Shown: positions 39,891 to 50,153, numbered from the stretch's first letter. The stretch: DNA of 64,000 bases from Candidatus Latescibacterota bacterium (GCA_965200315.1 OZ241362.1:4992001-5056000); one strand, 5' to 3'. Made by a program: numbers and translations. Notes: generated by a model not told the origin, from the sequence alone.

Positions 39891-40468
39891 TGCTTGGCCA
39901 TCCTGCTATGACCACGACGCGCCAAAGCCCGATCGCCCATCTCGTCGCCGACTCATCAGCAGCGGTGCAGACCGCTTTGCACCATCCGGTTGCTATGGTC
40001 AAGCTCGGGGCCAAAGGACCGCGCTTGGTCGAGTGGGCCGAGCAGCACGCCCTCGCCTTGCCGGCGCGGCTCTACGACACGAGGCCCGTGGGCGCGGATG
40101 GGGTTTTGGCGCGGGTGGGGGCTGGCGAACTGATCTTGGAATGCCGGCCCGAAGACGAGTGCTGGGCGCGTCTGAACGCGGCGTTGGAGGCTGCGGAGGC
40201 CGGGGTCTATCGAGTGGAGCAGCAGTCGGCGACCTTGGTGGTGCAAGGGGATGATGCCGAGCGCATTTTGGCGCAGGCTTGCGCGGTGGATTGGGCCGGT
40301 GCGCCAGCAGGGCGGATGGTGTACACGCAAGTGGCCGGGGCGGCTTGTGGGGTGCTGCCGCAAGGGGAAAAGTACCGCCTGTGGGTCGATTACAGCTTAG
40401 CGGCCTATCTGTGGGAAGCGCTCGCGGCCATTGCCGAGGATGTTACTTGCGCCAAAACGCCGGACTGA
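39890..40468 (+). CDS. soxG: Sarcosine oxidase gamma-like / N-methylglutamate dehydrogenase subunit D
   Basis: G.KGP....W, ARVG..E.ILE, L...G..A..ILAQAC.VD and YRLW.D.S.A.YLW..L; completes the soxBDA set. Alternative start 39908. Confidence 0.7.
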   Translation: MLGHPAMTTTRQSPIAHLVADSSAAVQTALHHPVAMVKLGAKGPRLVEWAEQHALALPARLYDTRPVGADGVLARVGAGELILECRPEDECWARLNAALEAAEAGVYRVEQQSATLVVQGDDAERILAQACAVDWAGAPAGRMVYTQVAGAACGVLPQGEKYRLWVDYSLAAYLWEALAAIAEDVTCAKTPD

Positions 40469-41891
40469 ACAGCACCAAGAGCGTAAAAACCTCCAGCCGC
40501 CCAATCAGCATGGCAAAGCAGAGGATCCACTTGGCGACCGAATTGATGTCGCCGTAGTGGTGAACGACTTGCCCTAGGCCTGGCCCTAGGTTGTTGATGC
40601 AGGCGGCTACCGCTGAAAAAGACGTAGGCAGATCCAAGTTGGTGGCGAGCACGGCGATGAACATGATCGTGAACGTCAGCACGTACACCGAGAAAAACCC
40701 CCACACCGCTTCCATGACCCGATCGGGAACCGACCGCTGCCCCACCTTGATGGGCAAAACGGCGTTGGGGTGGATCAGGCGCGTGATCTCTCGGCTCCCC
40801 TGCTTTAGGATGAGCAACAGGCGCATCACTTTTATACCCCCGGCCGTTGATCCAGCGCAGCCGCCGACAAACGAGCCGAGGAACAACAAAAACGGCAGCA
40901 CGCTGGGCCAGACCGAATGGTCCGCAATGCTAAATCCCGTGGTGGTGACAATAGATACAGTGGCGAAGAGGCCGTAGCGCAGGGATGCACCGGCGTCGTG
41001 CTCGTTGTGCATGAAGAGTATCAGCGAGGCGATTAGGATGGTGGTTAGCAGAATGGCTAGGTACGTGCGGCATTCAGGGTCGATGCGATACGGATGCAGA
41101 GATTGCTGGCGAAAGGCGTAAAAGTGCAGCGTGAAGTTGATGCCTGATAGTACGATAAAAAAGACGGCGACCAGCTCGATGGCTTGGCTGTTAAAAAAGC
41201 CGATGCTGGCGTCGTGGGTGGAAAAACCGCCGATGGCAACCGTTGAAAAGCTGTGGGCGATAGCGTCGAAGGGTTCCATGCCGGCCAGCCAATAGGCTAG
41301 GGCACAGGCCACAGTTAAGCTCAAGTAGATGAACCAAAGGGCCTTGGCGGTCTGGGTGATCCTCGGCGTCAGCTTTGAATCCTTGATGGGGCCGGTGATC
41401 TCGGCGCGAAAAAGCTGCATGCCGCCGATGCCGAGCATGGGCAATACGGCAATGGCGAGGACGATGATGCCCATGCCGCCCAACCACTGGAGCTGCTGGC
41501 GGTATAACAAAATGGATCGGGGCAGGTCGTCTAGCCCTTGGATGACGGTGGCACCGGTCGTGGTTAAGCCAGAGAGGGACTCGAATACGGCGTCGGTAAA
41601 GCTTAGTTCAAGCTGGGCGGACAGCATTAGCGGGAAGGAGCCGTAAAAGCCCAAAACGGCCCAGAACAAGACCGTTATCAAAAAGCCGTCCCGAATCCGC
41701 AACTCGGCGTGCTGTTTGCGCAAGGGTAGCCAGCACGCCAGCCCGGTGGCGAGCGTAATGGCAAAGGCCAATAGAAAGGCGTTTGCCGTGCCGTCGCGAT
41801 AGAGGAGGGATACGCCAGCGGGCACTAACATGGTGCCGCTGAACAGCGTCAGCAGGATGCCTAGTACTCGAAATACAACTGCGGCGCGCAT
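40443..41891 (-). CDS. trkH: Trk potassium uptake membrane protein
   Basis: [50 protein letters not shown]. Confidence 0.95.
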   Translation of the reverse strand: MRAAVVFRVLGILLTLFSGTMLVPAGVSLLYRDGTANAFLLAFAITLATGLACWLPLRKQHAELRIRDGFLITVLFWAVLGFYGSFPLMLSAQLELSFTDAVFESLSGLTTTGATVIQGLDDLPRSILLYRQQLQWLGGMGIIVLAIAVLPMLGIGGMQLFRAEITGPIKDSKLTPRITQTAKALWFIYLSLTVACALAYWLAGMEPFDAIAHSFSTVAIGGFSTHDASIGFFNSQAIELVAVFFIVLSGINFTLHFYAFRQQSLHPYRIDPECRTYLAILLTTILIASLILFMHNEHDAGASLRYGLFATVSIVTTTGFSIADHSVWPSVLPFLLFLGSFVGGCAGSTAGGIKVMRLLLILKQGSREITRLIHPNAVLPIKVGQRSVPDRVMEAVWGFFSVYVLTFTIMFIAVLATNLDLPTSFSAVAACINNLGPGLGQVVHHYGDINSVAKWILCFAMLIGRLEVFTLLVLFSPAFWRK

Positions 41892-41897
41892 GCGTTC

Positions 41898-43241
41898 CTA
41901 CCCCCCGAATATCTTTCTCACTTCCTCGTGGACATAGTGCCGGGCGAAGACCACGGCTTTGTCTCCAGGGCGGATGAGCGTATCTCCACGGGGGATGACC
42001 ACGCTATCGTCGTGGACGACGGCTCCGATGATCGAGTCCTTGGGCAGGCGGATGGAGATCAGGGGTTTTTGGGTGATCTTGCTGCCGCCGTGGGCGATGT
42101 ACTCGACTGCTTCCACGTCGAGGCCGGGCAGGCTGGCGATGGAGGCGATGCGCTGGTGGCGCACGTAGCGCTGGACGGCGTTGACGGTCAGGAGCTGTTT
42201 GCTCAGCATCGAATCGAGGCCAATGGCCGGGGTGATGGGCATGTAATCGACGTTGTTGACCAAGGCGATGGCGCGCGGCACTTCGAGGTGCTTGGCGACT
42301 AGCGTAGAGATAATGTTGACCTCGTCGTTGCCAGTAACGGCGATGAAGGCATCCATGTCTACCAAGCCCTCGACGGCCAACAGGTCGTAGTCTGTGCCGT
42401 CGCCTTGGATGACCAATACGTTGGCGAGTTGGTCGGCGATTTGCCGAGACCGGTCGGTGCGGCTTTCGATGAGTCTAACGCGCATCTGCGAGGAAAGCTC
42501 TTGGGCGACGAACTGGCCGATGAGGCCGCCGCCGAGAATTGCGATATCCTCGATGCGGTGGTTGGCGAGGCCGGTCAAGCTGATCACCGAGGGAATGAAG
42601 TCGGGATCGCTGATGACGAAGATTCGGTCCCCTCGCAGCAGCGTGGTGTTGCCCCTCGGGATCAAGGTCTGCTGCTTGCGCTGGATGGCGACGATGCGCA
42701 TGGGGATGTCGGCAAGCTGCCGCCCCAATTCGCTCAAAGGAGCGTGGAGCAGGGAGGACTGGTGGTCCAAGCGTATGCCGAGTAAGACGAGCTTGCCTTC
42801 GGCAAATTCGACCAGATCGGTGGCACTGGACTGGCGGATGAGGCGGACGATGGCGTCGGCGGTTTCCTTTTCGGGGTGGATGAACTGATCAACGCCGAGC
42901 TCTTGGGGACTGAAGATAAAGTCAGGTGCCGTGAATTCGAGATTGCGGATGCGGGCGATGGCCGATTGGACGCCTAGCTTCTTGGCCATTCTACAGGTGA
43001 GCAGGTTGACCTCGTCGTTGGTGGTCATGGCGGCGACGAGATCCACCTGCTCGATGCCGAGCCTGCGCAAGTCCTGCAAACTGGTGCCATTGCCCTCGGC
43101 GACGATGATGTCGAGCTGTTCGCTGACGCGCTTGACGCGGCTGGGATCGGTGTCAATCTGGGTAATATCGTGCCCGTCTTGGCTCAGTTGCTTGCTCAAC
43201 TGGAAGCCGATATCTCCGGCACCGATGACCAAAATGTGCAT
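41898..43241 (-). CDS. trkA: Trk potassium uptake NAD-binding subunit
   Basis: Two RCK repeats (GAGDIG and GGGLIG) with TrkA_C domains; adjacent to trkH. Confidence 0.93.
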   Translation of the reverse strand: MHILVIGAGDIGFQLSKQLSQDGHDITQIDTDPSRVKRVSEQLDIIVAEGNGTSLQDLRRLGIEQVDLVAAMTTNDEVNLLTCRMAKKLGVQSAIARIRNLEFTAPDFIFSPQELGVDQFIHPEKETADAIVRLIRQSSATDLVEFAEGKLVLLGIRLDHQSSLLHAPLSELGRQLADIPMRIVAIQRKQQTLIPRGNTTLLRGDRIFVISDPDFIPSVISLTGLANHRIEDIAILGGGLIGQFVAQELSSQMRVRLIESRTDRSRQIADQLANVLVIQGDGTDYDLLAVEGLVDMDAFIAVTGNDEVNIISTLVAKHLEVPRAIALVNNVDYMPITPAIGLDSMLSKQLLTVNAVQRYVRHQRIASIASLPGLDVEAVEYIAHGGSKITQKPLISIRLPKDSIIGAVVHDDSVVIPRGDTLIRPGDKAVVFARHYVHEEVRKIFGG

Positions 43242-43311
43242 GGTTTTTCAGGCAAATTCCGCAGCGAAGTTAGCGCATAGAAGCTAAGGACGATGCGCTG
43301 CCAACGCTAAC

Positions 43312-43626
43312 TTAGTCGATGTGAAATACCTCGCGCAGGTCTTTGGCGCAGGGGCTGTCGTCGGGGTTGGTGGCCATAATGTCCTTCATGTAGGTCCACC
43401 ACCGGCGGCAGTCCGGCGTCTCGGCGATGCTATTCCAGCGCTCTTCGTCCTCGAGTTCCACATAGGCAAAAAGCTGGTGGGTGTCTGCGCTGAGGAAGAT
43501 GGAGTAGTTGTGGACGCCGTGGTCTTTGAGGGTCTGCTCCAACTCGGGCCAGATGGGGTTGTGCCGCTTCTCGTACTCGGCGTGTTGGTCGGGATTGACT
43601 TGCATGACAAAGGCTTTGCGGATCAT
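43312..43626 (-). CDS. rhaM: L-rhamnose mutarotase
   Basis: [41 protein letters not shown]. Confidence 0.92.
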   Translation of the reverse strand: MIRKAFVMQVNPDQHAEYEKRHNPIWPELEQTLKDHGVHNYSIFLSADTHQLFAYVELEDEERWNSIAETPDCRRWWTYMKDIMATNPDDSPCAKDLREVFHID

Positions 43627-43709
43627 GGGGTCTCCTTAGGCTTAAATCTGTGCCAAGTGTCTGGCGTTTCGCTTGCTGAGTCAAATTACATGTATATTAC
43701 GAAGTCAAA

Positions 43710-45593
43710 TCAAAAATTGAAGATCATGTTGCCCTCGACGCCGTAGGCCCCGTCGATGAAGAGCCACAGGCAGGCCGTGGTGAAGTCGCCGAGGATCAGC
43801 CCCAAAAAGAACGGCAGTAGGGCGCGATAGACGCGCACTCCGCCGTAGCGCAGGATGGTCGCCTTGCAGAGCCAAGCCAAAAAGATGGACAGCCAGCCAT
43901 AGTAAACAATGGTAAAGGTGGAGGCGATGGGAAAACCCAAAGGATGTAGCGGCCACCACGCAAAGCGGTGGCGCAAAAAGAGCAGGGCTGCCATGACGAA
44001 GCTCCCGCTGGCGGTGAAGGCGAGGCGCGGGGCAAACGATGGCTCGGGCGCGTTGTACACCGAGGCCATATAGATAAAGGGCCAGCGCGGTGCGCCGCTA
44101 AAGTACCAGCCGTGCAGGTTGATGCCGCCATAGGTATAGGCGAGGGTCATGGTAAACCAGATCGATCCAAACAGCCCCACGGCGATGGCGGCAAACAAGG
44201 CCCAAGGCAGCCAGCGCGGCGCGGGCGCGGCGCCGGAGGTGAGCTTGAGGCTGTGCATGACCGCATTCATCATGTTGGCCGCGGTCTCGCCCATCCACAC
44301 CGTGCTCAGGCCCAAGCCGGTCATGTTACCGAGGCCGAGGGTCTCGGGGCCAATGCCTCGGGTGATGAAAGCCTGCGGGGCCATCGGCGTTTGGCAGCCA
44401 GGGATGCCGGCCTCGCAGACGATGCGCGACAGGCCGATAAAGACGATGAGCGCTCCTACCACCAGCAGCACTGCCGCGTACAGGGAAAGGCCGGTGAGGG
44501 TCAGCCAAGCGACCATGAGTGCCACACCGACTGCTAGGCCGCCAAAGGCCGTGCTCGGGGCCATGAGCTCGCCGGGGGCTGGCTCGCCTTTTAGGGCTTG
44601 GCTCCACAGGCGGCGCAGATGGGCGCGGGCGGTCCACAGCACGAAGAGGGCCAGCACCAAGAGGCCACCGGCCTGCTGATGGGAGACGGGGACCGAGCCG
44701 CCGCCTGAGGTCCAGATATCGCCGCCGCCGATGACGAGGCCGATGCGGGCGAAGACGACTTTTTCGAGGGTATAGAACAAAAAGAAGAACCAGATGCTAA
44801 AGGAGACGCTGAGCGCCATTAGGTAGGCTAGCCCCAAGATCGGCAGGTTGATCCGCCACGGCAGGCCGACGCTGCCTTGCAGCAGGGACAAACTGCCGTT
44901 GAGGGCGATGGGCTGGAAGGCGTCGTGGTAGTAGTTGAGCGAGTTCCAAGAGTGGATCAGGAGCGGCACGGCAAAGCCCAGCCACAGCAGGCGGTTTTTG
45001 AACAAGCTGCCGAAAAGGGATGCGGAGTCCGCGTCTTCGAGCATGGTGAGCGGCAGGCGAGTGAGGGGAAAGACGAGCCGCTCGTTGGCAACCCACTGGC
45101 CTCGGAGCAACACGCCGAGGCAAAAGAGGACCCCGTAGAAGGTGAAGATAAAGCAGATCCAAGCGGCTAGCGGGCGGCTCCAAGCAGCCCACGGTATGGC
45201 GCTGCCTTGGGGCAGCCCTTCGTAGAACAGGCGCACGGCCTCGGTATCAGTGGGAGCCAGCCAAGGGTGGATGTATTCGACGAAAAGCTCCTGCCAAGCA
45301 TTCTCTGGTGTGGCGTAGTACGCGGCCCCGGTGATGACCGAGAGAAAGCTGCCGGTGAAGCCGGTGGTAACCACGACTGCGCCAACCAGCATCATGGCGT
45401 ACACGACGATGAGTTCGGCGCGGGAAAAGGCCCATGCTCGGCCCAGCATCTTGAGCAGGGGCAGGGCCACGGCTGTCAGCAGAAAGAAGAAGAGGACGGC
45501 GATTAGGGGGATGGCATTGCTGGTGATCTGCGATCCCTTGACTATGAGGATACCCCACGGGCTCAGCACGCTGATAGCCCCCACGAGGAGCAA
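43710..45593 (-). CDS. Polytopic membrane protein, DUF6785/DUF6784-like; true start probably further upstream
   Basis: W..NERLVFPL, RIVCEAG, WWPLHPLG, PFFLGL; paralog of 32075-34039. Confidence 0.75.
   Translation of the reverse strand: MLLVGAISVLSPWGILIVKGSQITSNAIPLIAVLFFFLLTAVALPLLKMLGRAWAFSRAELIVVYAMMLVGAVVVTTGFTGSFLSVITGAAYYATPENAWQELFVEYIHPWLAPTDTEAVRLFYEGLPQGSAIPWAAWSRPLAAWICFIFTFYGVLFCLGVLLRGQWVANERLVFPLTRLPLTMLEDADSASLFGSLFKNRLLWLGFAVPLLIHSWNSLNYYHDAFQPIALNGSLSLLQGSVGLPWRINLPILGLAYLMALSVSFSIWFFFLFYTLEKVVFARIGLVIGGGDIWTSGGGSVPVSHQQAGGLLVLALFVLWTARAHLRRLWSQALKGEPAPGELMAPSTAFGGLAVGVALMVAWLTLTGLSLYAAVLLVVGALIVFIGLSRIVCEAGIPGCQTPMAPQAFITRGIGPETLGLGNMTGLGLSTVWMGETAANMMNAVMHSLKLTSGAAPAPRWLPWALFAAIAVGLFGSIWFTMTLAYTYGGINLHGWYFSGAPRWPFIYMASVYNAPEPSFAPRLAFTASGSFVMAALLFLRHRFAWWPLHPLGFPIASTFTIVYYGWLSIFLAWLCKATILRYGGVRVYRALLPFFLGLILGDFTTACLWLFIDGAYGVEGNMIFNF
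44703..44761 (+). repeat. 59-bp exact direct repeat, native copy inside the membrane-protein gene
   Basis: Identical to 38408-38466. Encodes ...VVFARIGLVIGGGDIWTSG on the minus strand. Confidence 0.95.
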
Positions 45594-45657
45594 ACCCGTG
45601 AGGACCGCGCGCAGGGAAAAGGTGGGTGGGGGGATGGGGCGGGACGTGGGAAACCGC

Positions 45658-46896
45658 CTAATTGAGACTGCGAAGGAAGTAGAGCAGGCGTTTGAAAAAC
45701 CCTGGCTGGATGCCGGGCTTCTCGGTGCGTTGAGCTACCACGTGATAGGCTTGGAGTTGGCGGTTGTGCATGGCGTGGGACCCGCCCCACAAGTACAGGC
45801 GGAAGGCGCGAAAAACCGCTTCTCCCCAGCGCTCGACGACGGTTTGGCGGTTGGCCTCAAAGCGAGTGGCCCAGTGTCTCAGCGTCAGGGCGTAATCATG
45901 CGTTTCATCTACCGTTTCCTCCACCTTGAAGCCGTGCATGAGAAATTCTTGCAGCAGGTCGGGCAAGCACAGGTACGTGTGGGTGCCGGGATAGATATAG
46001 CGACGCACGAAATTGCTCACCTCGTATTTCTCGAGCGTGGCCGAGGCGTCTAGGTAAATGCGCCCCCCGGGTTTGAGGCACTTCCACACTTGCGCGACAA
46101 AGTCTCGGTAGTGAGGGATGTGCTCGATGACTCCGAAGATGACGATGGCGTCGTACGGCTCAGCAGGCTCGTGCGCGAGGAAATCTTCGAGGCGAACTTG
46201 GCAGGTCGCCAGCCCTTGTTCGGCAATGAAATTTTGGTGCAGCCGATGCGAGTCTTCAGCAATGGTCAAAGCCGTGCAGTGGATGCCGCGCGGGCCGGCG
46301 TAGCGGAGAACTGCTCCCCAGCCCGCGCCGATGTCGAGCAGGCGGTCTCCCGCTTGCAGGCGCAGGGCTTGGGCCATAGTAGCAAATTTGTGCTCAGCGG
46401 CCTGTTCCAGCGTTTCGCCGTCGTCGTGGAAGAGGCAGTGCGAGTACAGATGGTACTGGCGATCGACGAACGCCAAGTAGAAATCGTCGCCGAAGTTGTA
46501 GTGGTGCGCGATGGAATCGCGATTGAGGCGGATGCGGTTGCTCCAGAGGAGTTGCAGATAGGCCCGCAGCAGGAAACCGACACTGACATTTCTCTTGGCG
46601 TACTGACGCAGCTCTAAGAAAGAGAGCACATCGCCCTCGATTTCGACCTGACCCTCGACGTAAGCGCGACCGATGGCGTACTCGTCGAGTCCTTTGCTGA
46701 GCACCTCGTCGGAGTGGAAGGCAATGCTAAAGGCCGGTTCGCCCGCCGGTCCTAAGCGCAAGGTCTCACCTTGTGCAAAGGTAAACTGGCAGGGGATGGG
46801 GACGTCGGCGAGGGCGGCGCGGACTAGGCGGGCAGCCGTGCATTGAGGCTGGAGGGGTGGGGCTTGCTCTTGCTGTAATTGGGGCTGTGCGGTCAT
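45658..46896 (-). CDS. cfa: Cyclopropane-fatty-acyl-phospholipid synthase-family SAM methyltransferase
   Basis: IAHHYN.G.DFY, YS..LF, LLDIGAGWG, IEH, YIYPG, YA.TL..W. Confidence 0.8.
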   Translation of the reverse strand: MTAQPQLQQEQAPPLQPQCTAARLVRAALADVPIPCQFTFAQGETLRLGPAGEPAFSIAFHSDEVLSKGLDEYAIGRAYVEGQVEIEGDVLSFLELRQYAKRNVSVGFLLRAYLQLLWSNRIRLNRDSIAHHYNFGDDFYLAFVDRQYHLYSHCLFHDDGETLEQAAEHKFATMAQALRLQAGDRLLDIGAGWGAVLRYAGPRGIHCTALTIAEDSHRLHQNFIAEQGLATCQVRLEDFLAHEPAEPYDAIVIFGVIEHIPHYRDFVAQVWKCLKPGGRIYLDASATLEKYEVSNFVRRYIYPGTHTYLCLPDLLQEFLMHGFKVEETVDETHDYALTLRHWATRFEANRQTVVERWGEAVFRAFRLYLWGGSHAMHNRQLQAYHVVAQRTEKPGIQPGFFKRLLYFLRSLN

Positions 46897-47014
46897 GGTG
46901 ATTTTTTTCCTAAATGGCACAATTAGTTGCACAAAGGGAACGCTTATGCTGGTGGGGTACAGACTATTAAACTTGGCTCAATTCGTCAAGAAGATAGGCA
47001 AAAGGAGAGAGGTT

Positions 47015-49006
47015 ATGCAGGTGATTGGATGGGGCAGGATGGTGTGGAGTATAGGCGCGGTTGCGTGGTTGGGCTGTGCGTCGGTTGAAGCGGAGCGTCC
47101 GATCGCGGCTGCAGCGTCGACGACGGGCGACATTCCGCCGAGCGCGTGGCCAGCGGCTTGGTTCCGCCCGCCGACCACGGCTTCGGCCGTGGGATTGCAG
47201 ACCTTCCACCAGTCGCCCGTACTCGATGAATTGGTGGCCGCCGGCGAATTGCCGCCGGTCGCCGAGCGCCTGCCCGACGACCCGGTGGTGGTCGAACCCT
47301 ACGGCGAAATTGGCCGCTACGGGGGCACGGCACGGCTGTTTTTTGCTGGTGAAAGCCTGATCAACGTGCCCGAGGGGGTGCTGCGTCCGGGGCCGCAAAT
47401 GCGGTTGAATCTGCCGAATTTTGCGGCAAAGGCCGAATACCTCAACGGTGCGCGGACCTTGCGGATTACTCTGCGCTCCGGCCACAAGTGGTCCGATGGT
47501 CGTCCCGTGACGGCCGACGACTATGTATTCTGGTTCGACCACGTGCTGATGAACGAGGAGCTCACGCCGGTGGTAGAGCCTCGGTTCAAGGGTGCGCGAA
47601 TCGAAAAGCACGACGAGCATAGCTTCAGTTATCACTTTCCCCAGCCCATGCCGCTGTTTGTCAACCATCTCGCGCACAACAGTTCGCGCTTGGCGATGCC
47701 AGCGCACTTCATGCGCCGCTACCACCCGGTGTTTACCAATCCCGCGCAATTGGAGCGCGAGGCCGAAGAGCTGGGTTTGCAGGACTGGCTCACCTATTTC
47801 GCGGCGGTCAACAGCACGACCGATCTGATTCACTTCAACCGCCCCGTGCTGACGGCGTACCTATTGGTCAGCCGGACTTCGACGCGCGCCCTGTTGCGCC
47901 GCAACCCCTACTATTTCAAGGTCGATCCCGCCGGCAACCAACTGCCCTATATCGACTATTTGGAGGTGCAGCGGGTCGATAGCCCCGAAATTATGGCGGC
48001 CAAAGCCTCGACCGGACAAGTTGACTTTGCCGGGCGGCAGTTTATGACGGCCGACATTCCGCTGTTTAAGCGCTTTGAGCAGCACAACGACTATTCCACG
48101 TACGTCTGGCCGCGGCCGTACGGCTCGGACGTGGTGTTGCAGTTCAATTTGAACCATCCCGACGAAGGGCTGCGGCGGATTTTCGCGGACGTGCGCTTCC
48201 GCCGGGCCATGTCGCTGGCCATCAATCGGGAGGAAATCAACGACATCGTTTACTTCGGTTATGGGGTGCCGCGTCAACTTACGGTAGTGCCTGCTAGTCG
48301 CTACTTCGAGCCAGAATTTGCCACGGCGTGGGCGGAGTTTGACCCGGCGCGGGCGAATGCCCTGTTCGACGAAATGGGGCTTGTCGATCGCGACGGAGAT
48401 GGAAGGCGCGAGCGGTTCGACGGCAAGCCATTGCAAATCACCTTGGAGTACATGATTGGCGAGACTCCCAAGCAGGTCACTTTGGACTTGGTCTCAGCCC
48501 ACTGGCGCGAGGTGGGGGTAAACGTCCATCTCAAACAGATCAGCGGCACGTTGCAGCGGATTCGCGCCAGAGCGGGCTTGATGGACATGACCATCTGGCA
48601 CGCCGATCGCAACGCGGATATCCTCTTCCCCATTGAGCCTTATTGGTACGTGCCGACCAATGGCGGGTGGGAGCAGAGCCAGTGGTCTAAGTGGACGCGC
48701 TGGTACTTCTCAGACGGTGCGCTGGGGTGGGAGCCGCCGGCGCAGATCAAGGAGCTGATTGGCTGGTGGGAGACGCTGCGCCGCACTACGGACGAGGACG
48801 AGCGCATCGCAATGGGCAAGAACATCCTCCGCAGCCAAGCCGAGAACTTGTGGGCACTCGGCGTCATTGGCTTGGGGCCGCATCCAGTCGTGGTCAGCCA
48901 CAAGCTGCGCAATGTGCCACTTCAGGGCTATTGGGGTTGGGATTCGCGCTGGACGTGGCCCTATTATCCCGAGACTTGGTATTTGGATGAAAGGATTGAA
49001 AAGTAG
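47015..49006 (+). CDS. ABC transporter substrate-binding lipoprotein (SBP family 5)
   Basis: RBS AGGAGA; lipobox-like WLGC; LPPVAERLP, KWSDG.P.TADD, RNPYYFKVD..GNQLPYID, FRRAMSLAINR. Confidence 0.88.
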   Translation: MQVIGWGRMVWSIGAVAWLGCASVEAERPIAAAASTTGDIPPSAWPAAWFRPPTTASAVGLQTFHQSPVLDELVAAGELPPVAERLPDDPVVVEPYGEIGRYGGTARLFFAGESLINVPEGVLRPGPQMRLNLPNFAAKAEYLNGARTLRITLRSGHKWSDGRPVTADDYVFWFDHVLMNEELTPVVEPRFKGARIEKHDEHSFSYHFPQPMPLFVNHLAHNSSRLAMPAHFMRRYHPVFTNPAQLEREAEELGLQDWLTYFAAVNSTTDLIHFNRPVLTAYLLVSRTSTRALLRRNPYYFKVDPAGNQLPYIDYLEVQRVDSPEIMAAKASTGQVDFAGRQFMTADIPLFKRFEQHNDYSTYVWPRPYGSDVVLQFNLNHPDEGLRRIFADVRFRRAMSLAINREEINDIVYFGYGVPRQLTVVPASRYFEPEFATAWAEFDPARANALFDEMGLVDRDGDGRRERFDGKPLQITLEYMIGETPKQVTLDLVSAHWREVGVNVHLKQISGTLQRIRARAGLMDMTIWHADRNADILFPIEPYWYVPTNGGWEQSQWSKWTRWYFSDGALGWEPPAQIKELIGWWETLRRTTDEDERIAMGKNILRSQAENLWALGVIGLGPHPVVVSHKLRNVPLQGYWGWDSRWTWPYYPETWYLDERIEK

Positions 49007-49199
49007 CCGTGAGCACTCAAACGTTTGGATAGTTGTCTTTTGCTGGCCTCTTTTCATATATTGTGCTGATATTTAGCAACGTTAACTATTTAAGAGCTGT
49101 TGAAAGGAGGTAAAGAAAGGCCGTTTTAGGCATCAGAAGCTCATTTTTCGTTTTTCTTGACGAATATTCAAACCACGAACCTATGAGGTGAATCGCATT

Positions 49200-50153
49200 A
49201 TGAAGAAGATTTTGTGCAGCGCGAGTATTTTGGCCGTAGGCATCATGTTGCAGGCTGGCGCAGTATCGGCTCACGTGCCGATCCCCGGCATCGACTCTGG
49301 TACGCTTTTTCAGTGGCCCGCCGGCCAAGAGCCGACCTTGGACGGCGACCTCTCTGAATGGGACATCGTCCCCGAGGATTACTACGTCCCCTTTGATTCG
49401 CACTTCGAGTACTATCTCGGCTTGGGCCACGAAAACGACGAGAGCAATCTGTCGTTTCGGGTGGTGGGTGCTTGGAGCGCGGGGACCAACCGCCTCTATC
49501 TGATGATGGAGCGCTTTGACAATTACTGGGATCGCAATGGCGTCGGCGCGGTCGCCGCTGGCGATGATAGCTGGGAGATCATGATCGACGCCGACCACGG
49601 CGGCGACCGGCACTTTGCCCTTCCCGAAGATTACGACGACGACGACGAGCGCCAGCGCAACCAAGGCCGTTTTGCCCAAAACGCCCACTACTGCTGGCCC
49701 GACATGCCCGACGCCAACCGGGCGGTCGGCTGGAAGTGGTTCTTCAACAGCAAGTCCACTTGGCACGACGTTCCCCCGTGGGGCGATTACGGTTTTCAGC
49801 TAGACGGCGAAGTCAACTCGGGCGAAGTAACAGCGCGCATCGAAGTGATGACGGTCGCTTGGGACGACTTCCACTGGGTCGGCCCCGACGAGAGCCAGAT
49901 TCACACCTTTGCTGAAGGCAATACCATCGGTTTGGGTTGGGTCGTCCACGACATGGACTCGGCCCTAGAGGACAATGGCGGCGCCAGCGACGGCGGCTGG
50001 GGCATCAACCCCAACATCCAGATGTGGTTCGACTGCGTCAACTGCTCGGACTTCCTGCTGGCCCCGATCGATCCGCGCGTGGATTTCAGCAGCATTGGCA
50101 CCGCGGTAGAACAAGAGAGCTGGGGACGCATCAAGGCGGCCTATATCCAGTAG
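49200..50153 (+). CDS. Secreted CBM9/DOMON-like protein with C-terminal TAVE..SWG.IK tail
   Basis: Signal peptide ending AVSA, PTLDGDLSEW, D.WEI.IDAD, Asp/Trp-rich; ends TAVEQESWGRIKAAYIQ. Confidence 0.7.
   Translation: MKKILCSASILAVGIMLQAGAVSAHVPIPGIDSGTLFQWPAGQEPTLDGDLSEWDIVPEDYYVPFDSHFEYYLGLGHENDESNLSFRVVGAWSAGTNRLYLMMERFDNYWDRNGVGAVAAGDDSWEIMIDADHGGDRHFALPEDYDDDDERQRNQGRFAQNAHYCWPDMPDANRAVGWKWFFNSKSTWHDVPPWGDYGFQLDGEVNSGEVTARIEVMTVAWDDFHWVGPDESQIHTFAEGNTIGLGWVVHDMDSALEDNGGASDGGWGINPNIQMWFDCVNCSDFLLAPIDPRVDFSSIGTAVEQESWGRIKAAYIQ

Noticed and set aside
38408-44761. 59-bp direct repeats as att sites, IS ends or a DGR template/variable pair
   Set aside because: One copy is mid-CDS and the copies are identical (no A-specific changes). 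There is no integrase or reverse transcriptase, and the enclosed DNA includes housekeeping trk genes.
49033-49062. TTGTCT-18-TATATT possible promoter upstream of the exported-protein cluster
   Set aside because: Weak match within AT-rich DNA; not distinguishable from chance.
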